Source of the DNA: an uncultured Bacilli bacterium | GTDB taxonomy: Bacteria; Bacillota_I; Bacilli_A; ML615J-28; CAG-313 | Assembly: GCA_934140285.1 (NCBI GenBank) | Contig: CAKPBI010000002.1 | Span: 64,804-128,803 of the forward strand | Direction of reading: 5' to 3' | DNA length: 64,000 bases | In this document: positions 58,019 to 64,000 of the stretch, one piece after another | How positions within the stretch are numbered: the first letter of the stretch is position 1 | Layout of the letters: the number at the start of each line of letters is the position of its first letter | Translations under genes and position numbers: made by a program | Notes under the pieces: generated by a model | The model's input: only the letters and a program-made list of their open reading frames with translations | What the model was told of the DNA's origin: nothing | Databases searched by the model: none

Positions 58019-59392
58019 ATGGAAAAAAAGAATTTACAACAAATTGTTGAATTAATTGAAAATACTCTTGATGTTAAAACTTTAAAAGAAGAATTAAGTC
58101 AATACCATAATTATGAACTTGCTAAAATCATTTCTGAATTATCTGAAGAAAAACAAGCTGAAGTTTTCGCTTTATTTAATAATGAAGAACTAGCTCAAAT
58201 ACTTGTATATTTAGATACTGATGATACATCAGATATCTTAGAAGATATTGATGCGAAACAAGCTGCTTCAATTATCAATGAAATGGAACCTGATGACGCG
58301 GTTGACATTTTAGAAGAAATTGATGATGAGCATGCATCAAAAATTATTAATTATCTAGATGAAGAAGTAAAAGATGATATCAAAGAACTATCTCAATATA
58401 AAGAAGATAGTGCGGGATCAATCATGAATACTAACTTTATTAAAGTCTATGATACGTATGATGTAAAAGATGCTATGCGTGTACTTGTAAAAGAAGCTCC
58501 AGATGTTGAATCAATAAGTACCCTAATGGTTGTTGATAAATATGAAAAATTAGTTGGAATATTAGATTTAAAAAAATTAATTATATCTAAAACTCCATGT
58601 TTAATTAGTGATATTATGAATACTCACTACCAAGTTGTAGATGTTGATGATAATATTGAAGATGTAGTTAAAGAAATTAGTGATTATGATATCTTAGTAA
58701 TGCCTGTTATTGATAGTGGGGTTATTAAAGGAATTATCACAATGGATGATGCTTTTGATGCAATCGCCACAAACGCTGAAGATGACTATGCAAAACTAGC
58801 CGGTTTAGTTGAAAATGAAGAAACTAAAGATTCAGTTGGGGAATCTATTAAAAAAAGAATTCCTTGGTTGATTATTCTTTTATTCTTAGATTTAGTTGTT
58901 TCTGCCGTTATTGGTGGCTTTGGTAATATTATTGCGGCTGTACCAATCCTTGCTTTTTTCCAAGCGGCTGTCTTAGGTCTTGCAGGAAACTGCGGAACCC
59001 AAGCACTAGCGATTGCCGTTAGAAAGCTTGGAGAAGACGAAGAACATACTAACAAGAGAATATTTAAGCATCTATGCAAAGAAACTCTCCTTGGTTTGTT
59101 GACAGGATTAGTTTTAGGCATTGCTTCCTTTGTTCTTGTTGTGGGAATGCTTTACTTAAAAAAAGAAGTTGAAATACCTCCACTAAAGATTGGTTTAGTT
59201 CTTGGCATTTCTATTTTAGTAGCCGTTGCAGCATCTAATTTATTTGGAGCATTAATTCCTGTAATATTCTTTAAATTAAAAATTGATCCTGCTGTTGCAT
59301 CAGGTCCTTTCATTACAACTATAAACGATATAATAGTTGTAGTAATTTACTTTAGTGTTGCTGCCATCTTACTACAAGGCTATATATTTTAA
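58019..59392 (+). CDS. mgtE: Magnesium transporter MgtE (copy 2, tandem paralog)
   Basis: Same architecture (FQAAVLGLAGNCGTQALAI; DPAVASGPFITT). Strong RBS ggaggatga. Confidence 0.9.
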   Translation: MEKKNLQQIVELIENTLDVKTLKEELSQYHNYELAKIISELSEEKQAEVFALFNNEELAQILVYLDTDDTSDILEDIDAKQAASIINEMEPDDAVDILEEIDDEHASKIINYLDEEVKDDIKELSQYKEDSAGSIMNTNFIKVYDTYDVKDAMRVLVKEAPDVESISTLMVVDKYEKLVGILDLKKLIISKTPCLISDIMNTHYQVVDVDDNIEDVVKEISDYDILVMPVIDSGVIKGIITMDDAFDAIATNAEDDYAKLAGLVENEETKDSVGESIKKRIPWLIILLFLDLVVSAVIGGFGNIIAAVPILAFFQAAVLGLAGNCGTQALAIAVRKLGEDEEHTNKRIFKHLCKETLLGLLTGLVLGIASFVLVVGMLYLKKEVEIPPLKIGLVLGISILVAVAASNLFGALIPVIFFKLKIDPAVASGPFITTINDIIVVVIYFSVAAILLQGYIF

Positions 59393-59400
59393 ATAATAAA

Positions 59401-59437
59401 ATAGACACTTCAAAACTAAAAAGTGTCTATTTTTTAT
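59401..59437. terminator. Bidirectional terminator between mgtE (+) and the YP-repeat gene (-)
   Basis: aatagacactt / aagtgtctatt stem followed by T5. Confidence 0.65.
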
Positions 59438-59450
59438 GGTATTAATTTAT

Positions 59451-59714
59451 TCATCTAGGTAAGTTAGCATTTACAGGATAAGGATAAGGATAGGGATAAG
59501 GGTATGGGTATGGGTAAGGATATCCGGTAGTTGGATAAGTGTAGTTATATTGATATTGAGGATAAGGCTGTTGATTGCCATATAATCCTTGTTGATTTCC
59601 ACAACATTGTCTACCATTTAACCAAAATGGAGCGGAAATAATAGCTGCTCCCGCGATAATAGGAAGCCACAATCTTCCCCCACGTTCATTATAAAACATT
59701 TGATAATGCACCAT
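59451..59714 (-). CDS. Tyr/Pro-rich (YP)n repeat small protein, putative spore coat/crust-like
   Basis: Start at ATG 5 nt after AAAGGAGG (MVHYQMF...); the track's upstream start lacks an RBS. Hydrophobic N-terminal half, CC motif, C-terminal YPYPYPYPYPYPYP. Confidence 0.5.
   Translation of the reverse strand: MVHYQMFYNERGGRLWLPIIAGAAIISAPFWLNGRQCCGNQQGLYGNQQPYPQYQYNYTYPTTGYPYPYPYPYPYPYPYPVNANLPR
59476..59522. repeat. About 8 imperfect tandem hexamers (GGATAA/GGGTAT) encoding the (YP)n tail
   Basis: Read directly: ggataaggataaggatagggataagggtatgggtatgggtaagga. Confidence 0.6.
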
Positions 59715-59765
59715 CAAAACCTCCTTTATTAATATAGTATGCAAACTATAATTAATAAGTGATGG

Positions 59766-60581
59766 TTAAGCATTTATAATTGTATAGTTATATATATATT
59801 CCTCCAAAGTTAAATTATTCTCATATATATATTTTGCAACCTCAACACCTACATATCGGTAGTGCCAAGGTTCATAACCATATCCAGTAATTTCTGTTTT
59901 ATCCTTAGGATAACGAAGGATAAAGCCATATTTATATGCGTTATTTTTTAAAAAATGAAAAGATAGGGTATTTTCAAAATATGATGTTAAACCGGTATCT
60001 TTAGTTGATACATCAATAGCAAGTCCTGTTTGATGCTCAGAATGACCAGCCATCGCAATATACATAGGATCATTGCCATGTGTAAATAATTCCTCTTGTC
60101 TAGTGTATGAACGATATCCTGAAAATACGGTTAGCTCAATTCCTTCAAATGTCGCATCATGAACCATTCTAGTATATGCTTCAAGAGTTTGTTTATCTAA
60201 TAAAATTATTTCATTCTCACGATGAATTTTTGGTATATCTCCAATATCTACAAGGGAATCAGGAATATATGTTGCACCAACATAATACTTACGATTGACA
60301 AGAATAATGTTGTTACAAGTTATCGCGGGAGAAATGGTATTATAGTCATAAAATTCAGGAAAATTAATACTATTTAGAACATACTCAATAGAATATGATT
60401 CTTGATATTTTTGGTAGTATAGATTTAAGGAATCTTTATCATAACAATTATAACAACTAATCTGTTTTTCAAATTCATCTAGGGGTGAATTATTTAATGC
60501 ATCACTTTTTAATTTTGATACCAAAATAATATTAAGAATTAATAAACATAATAAAAGCCATTTGATTTTTCTATTTGTCAA
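59766..60581 (-). CDS. VanY-like D-alanyl-D-alanine carboxypeptidase (peptidase M15B)
   Basis: N-terminal signal/TM. M15 zinc motifs (..SGYRSY..Q, GHSEHQTGLAIDV, ..H). Confidence 0.8.
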   Translation of the reverse strand: MTNRKIKWLLLCLLILNIILVSKLKSDALNNSPLDEFEKQISCYNCYDKDSLNLYYQKYQESYSIEYVLNSINFPEFYDYNTISPAITCNNIILVNRKYYVGATYIPDSLVDIGDIPKIHRENEIILLDKQTLEAYTRMVHDATFEGIELTVFSGYRSYTRQEELFTHGNDPMYIAMAGHSEHQTGLAIDVSTKDTGLTSYFENTLSFHFLKNNAYKYGFILRYPKDKTEITGYGYEPWHYRYVGVEVAKYIYENNLTLEEYIYNYTIINA

Positions 60582-60691
60582 AATAAGACCTCCTATTTTA
60601 TTATTTGATAAAAAATAATAAAATATGCAACTTTTTTTGTAATTTTGAGTATTTTATGATAAAATAATGTGATGAAAGGATGATGAAAAAT

Positions 60692-63355
60692 ATGAAAAAA
60701 ATACTTTTAATTGATGGAAATAGTTTAATGTTTAGGGCATACTATGCCACTGCTTACACAGGAAATCTAATGCAAACCTCAACTGGGATGTACAGTAATG
60801 CGGTATACGGGTTTGTTAATATGATCAACAAAGTAACATCAGAACAAGATTTTGATCATATTTTTGTTGCCTTTGATAAAGGTAAAAAAACATTTCGTCA
60901 TCAAGCTTATACTGAGTATAAAGGAAATAGAAAACCAATGCCACCAGAGTTTGCTATGCAAATTCCCCTAATTAAAGAATATTTAGATGTTTTACAAATT
61001 AAAAGGTTAGAAACTGATGAATATGAAGCTGATGATTTAATTGCGACAATGGCAACAAAAGCAATTAACAATGGTTATGAGGCCTTAGTAATATCAGGTG
61101 ATAAAGATTTATTACAACTTGTAAATGATAAAACCACAGTAGCATTAACCAAAAAAGGCATCAGTGAGTTAGAGTTTTATACTCCTCAAAACTTTCATGA
61201 ACTAATGGGTTTTAATCCCAATCAAGTAACAGACTATAAAGGATTATATGGTGATGACTCTGATAATTTACCTGGAGTTACAGGTGTTGGAGAAAAAACT
61301 GCAATCAAACTTTTAAATGAATATGGGACTTTAGAAAACATTATTGATAATGCTCCAAACATAAAAGGTAAACTAGGAGAAAGAATCTTAAACGATCAAG
61401 AACAAGCTAAAAAATGTAAGTATTTAGCGACTCTATGTTTAAATGCTGAAATCCCAGTTGATCTAGATGATACAACATACATAGAACCATCTGTAAAAGA
61501 ATTAAGAGCATTCTTTGAAAAAATGGAATTTAAGTCATTTATTAAAAGACTTGATACATCAAAAATTAATGAAGTTGAAAATAAAGTTCAGGAAAATGTT
61601 ATGTTTTCTTTTCCAAATATAGAGATAGATAATCTAAATCTCTTTTTAGAAAAAATAAAAAGCTGTGATAAAAATATAATAGTTGAAGTAGAACTTGATG
61701 GAATGAACTATCATAAAGCTAATTTAATTGGGTTTTCTTTATTAATTGATGACCATGGTTTTTACTTTAATAAACAATTTATTTATCAAGATGAAATTAT
61801 AGACTTTTTAAATCGTGATGATTTACGCTTTAAAGCAATTGATTTAAAAAGAGTATATTGTACTTTTATGAAATATGGAATTCAAATTAAACATTTTGAT
61901 TTTGATGTAATATTATGTTCATATGTAGCAGATCAAAATCTTCCAAATCATGATATTAAGTATATCTTTGATCAATTTCAAACCGTTGAACTTCCATACT
62001 TTGAAGAAGTTTATGGAAAAAAATCTATATTACAAATTCCAACTGATGATGTTATCGCTAAATATAGTATTTACAAATGTTATTATACTAAAATGTTAGA
62101 ACCAAAAATGATGGCAAAATTAGATGAAACTAATCAAACCGCTTTATTAAAAGACATTGAAATTCCGCTTGCGGTTGTACTTGGTGATATTGAATTAAAC
62201 GGATTTAAAATCAATAAAACAAGACTTGAAGAAATCGGCCTTTTCTTATCGGATGAAATTAGTGATTTGGAAAAAGAAATATATGAATTAGTTGGTCATG
62301 AATTTAACATTGCCTCGCCTAAACAATTAGGTGTTGTTCTATTCGAAGAATTAAACATCGGTAAGGGAAAAAAGAATAAGACTGGATACTCTACATCTGC
62401 CGAAGTACTTGAAAAGTTAGCTCACTTACACCCTGTACCAAGAAAGATTCTAGAATATCGTAAATATAGTAAATTGCTATCAACATATGTTGTAGGACTA
62501 AGTGAAGAAATCAGCAAAGTAGATGGAAAAGTACATACAACATTTAAACAAGCATTAACTCAAACAGGAAGACTTTCTTCAACAGAACCAAACATCCAAA
62601 ATATTCCTGTTAGAACAAGCGATGGAAGATTAATTCGTTCCGCCTTTGTTCCAAGTTTTGAAGATGGATATTTAGTTAGTGCTGATTATTCTCAAATTGA
62701 ATTAAGAATACTTGCTCATGTATCAGGCTGTAAAAATATGATTGATGACTTTAATCATGGTATAGATTTTCACACAATTACCGCATCTAAAATATATGGG
62801 GTTGATGTTGAAAATGTAACCAAAGATATGAGAAGAATCGCTAAAGCCGTTAATTTTGGAATTGTTTATGGCATGAGTGATTGGGGTTTATCAGAGCAAT
62901 TACAAATACCTGTCTATGAAGCAAGCGACTTTATAAAGAAATACTTTGAAATATATCCTGAAATTAAAACCTACCTAAATGATGTTGTTGAAGATTGTAA
63001 ATTAACGACATATACAACCACCATTTTTAATCGTCGCCGTTACATTAAGGAAATTAATTCTAGTAACCATAATTTGAGTGAGTTCGCAAAGCGTACAGCA
63101 ATGAATGCTCCTATTCAAGGTAGTGCTGCTGATATAATAAAGATAGCAATGATTAATGTCCACAAGAAGATGAAAGAATTAAATCTTCAAAGCAAAATGG
63201 TAGCTCAAGTTCATGATGAATTAATTATTGATGTTCATCCAAGTGAACTAGAAATAGTGAAACAAATGTTAAAAGAAATTATGGAAAGTGCGGTAAGCTT
63301 AAAAGTAAAAATGATAGTTGATGTAGAGGAAGGAAAAACTTGGGATTTAAAATAA
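60692..63355 (+). CDS. polA: DNA polymerase I
   Basis: 5'-3' exonuclease (LIDGNSLMFRAYYA...GVTGVGEKTA), polymerase motifs A (DYSQIELR), B (RRIAKAVNFGIVYG), C (QVHDELI). Start at third ATG, 11 nt after AAAGGA. Confidence 0.95.
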   Translation: MKKILLIDGNSLMFRAYYATAYTGNLMQTSTGMYSNAVYGFVNMINKVTSEQDFDHIFVAFDKGKKTFRHQAYTEYKGNRKPMPPEFAMQIPLIKEYLDVLQIKRLETDEYEADDLIATMATKAINNGYEALVISGDKDLLQLVNDKTTVALTKKGISELEFYTPQNFHELMGFNPNQVTDYKGLYGDDSDNLPGVTGVGEKTAIKLLNEYGTLENIIDNAPNIKGKLGERILNDQEQAKKCKYLATLCLNAEIPVDLDDTTYIEPSVKELRAFFEKMEFKSFIKRLDTSKINEVENKVQENVMFSFPNIEIDNLNLFLEKIKSCDKNIIVEVELDGMNYHKANLIGFSLLIDDHGFYFNKQFIYQDEIIDFLNRDDLRFKAIDLKRVYCTFMKYGIQIKHFDFDVILCSYVADQNLPNHDIKYIFDQFQTVELPYFEEVYGKKSILQIPTDDVIAKYSIYKCYYTKMLEPKMMAKLDETNQTALLKDIEIPLAVVLGDIELNGFKINKTRLEEIGLFLSDEISDLEKEIYELVGHEFNIASPKQLGVVLFEELNIGKGKKNKTGYSTSAEVLEKLAHLHPVPRKILEYRKYSKLLSTYVVGLSEEISKVDGKVHTTFKQALTQTGRLSSTEPNIQNIPVRTSDGRLIRSAFVPSFEDGYLVSADYSQIELRILAHVSGCKNMIDDFNHGIDFHTITASKIYGVDVENVTKDMRRIAKAVNFGIVYGMSDWGLSEQLQIPVYEASDFIKKYFEIYPEIKTYLNDVVEDCKLTTYTTTIFNRRRYIKEINSSNHNLSEFAKRTAMNAPIQGSAADIIKIAMINVHKKMKELNLQSKMVAQVHDELIIDVHPSELEIVKQMLKEIMESAVSLKVKMIVDVEEGKTWDLK

Positions 63356-63367
63356 GGAAGTGAAAAT

Positions 63368-64000
63368 ATGCCAGAATTACCAGAAGTTGAAACGGTAAGA
63401 AGAACTCTTGAACACCAAATACTAAATGAAAAAATAGTTGATGTAAAAGTTCTATATGAAGGAATTTTAGAAAATGTAACCAAAGAAGAATTTAAACAAA
63501 ATCTTATAAATGAAACTATCACGGATATTAAAAGATATGGAAAATATTTAGTATTTATCTTTAATCATGTAAGTATTATTTCCCATCTAAGAATGGAAGG
63601 TAAATTTTTCTTAAAAAGTATTGATGATCCCATTATCAAACATGAACATATAATCTTTTATTTTGAAAGTGGTAGAACTCTTAGATATCATGATACTAGA
63701 AAATTTGGTAAGATGGCATTAATTCACTCTACCTCATGGAATGAAATTATGTCATATCCATCAGTAAAAAAATTAGGACCTGAGGCTAACACTACGAACC
63801 TTAATAAGGAATATTTGTATTCAAAACTAAAGAAATTAAAGGAACCAATCAAAAGTGCTTTATTAAACCAAGAAATCCTAGCTGGTCTGGGAAATATATA
63901 TGTTGATGAAGTATGCTTTATGGCAAAATTATATCCAGGGATGTCTTGTGAAAAGATAACATTAGAAGATTGTGATAATATCGTAAAGTACAGTAAAGAA
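63368..64000 (+). CDS. mutM: Formamidopyrimidine-DNA glycosylase (MutM/Fpg), 3' end beyond window
   Basis: MPELPEVETVRRTL N-terminal catalytic Pro-Glu motif. polA-mutM order as in Bacilli. Confidence 0.85.
   Translation, partial: MPELPEVETVRRTLEHQILNEKIVDVKVLYEGILENVTKEEFKQNLINETITDIKRYGKYLVFIFNHVSIISHLRMEGKFFLKSIDDPIIKHEHIIFYFESGRTLRYHDTRKFGKMALIHSTSWNEIMSYPSVKKLGPEANTTNLNKEYLYSKLKKLKEPIKSALLNQEILAGLGNIYVDEVCFMAKLYPGMSCEKITLEDCDNIVKYSKE

Noticed and set aside
1-64000. CRISPR arrays, tRNA/rRNA genes, IS elements
   Set aside because: I scanned the intergenic regions (8455-8929, 16537-17052, 17479-17644, 20534-20658, 36169-36286, 36551-36682, 41627-41789, 42471-42608, 45044-45165, 46443-46644, 49723-49925, 55401-55571). 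They are AT-rich promoter and terminator sequence with no cloverleaf-compatible GC-rich segments, no repeat-spacer periodicity and no transposase ORFs.

Overview
This is a 64-kb window of low-GC (~30%) chromosome from a spore-forming Firmicute. TGA is used as a stop codon, so translation follows code 11. Gene order matches several Bacillus subtilis core neighbourhoods: rpsT..holA-gpr; pgsA-recA; rny-ymdB-spoVS; miaB..cotE; polA-mutM. Some proteins are compact and Mollicutes/Erysipelotrichia-like, for example an 811-aa AddB and a 1055-aa AddA. The window is mostly housekeeping: DNA repair and recombination (uvrB, recD2, addAB, recA, recU, polA, fpg), RNA metabolism (cca, yhaM, rlmH, mnmA, miaB, rny) and competence (comEA-comEC). 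Accessory or unusual content: two tandem giant membrane-anchored proteins (847 and 1056 aa) that read as internally duplicated, degenerate PrsA/parvulin-like modules; an unannotated 29-aa YjcZ-like tiny membrane protein gene; a spore-coat-like cluster (cotE, a LysM/Tyr-rich SafA-like protein, a YPYPYP-repeat protein); tandem mgtE paralogs; a cupin plus signal-less amidase_2 pair; an orphan RND pump; and an acyltransferase fused to a zinc-ribbon domain. I found no tRNA, rRNA, CRISPR array, transposase or integrase. Every functional call is inferred by reading motifs in the ORF translations; no database search was run.
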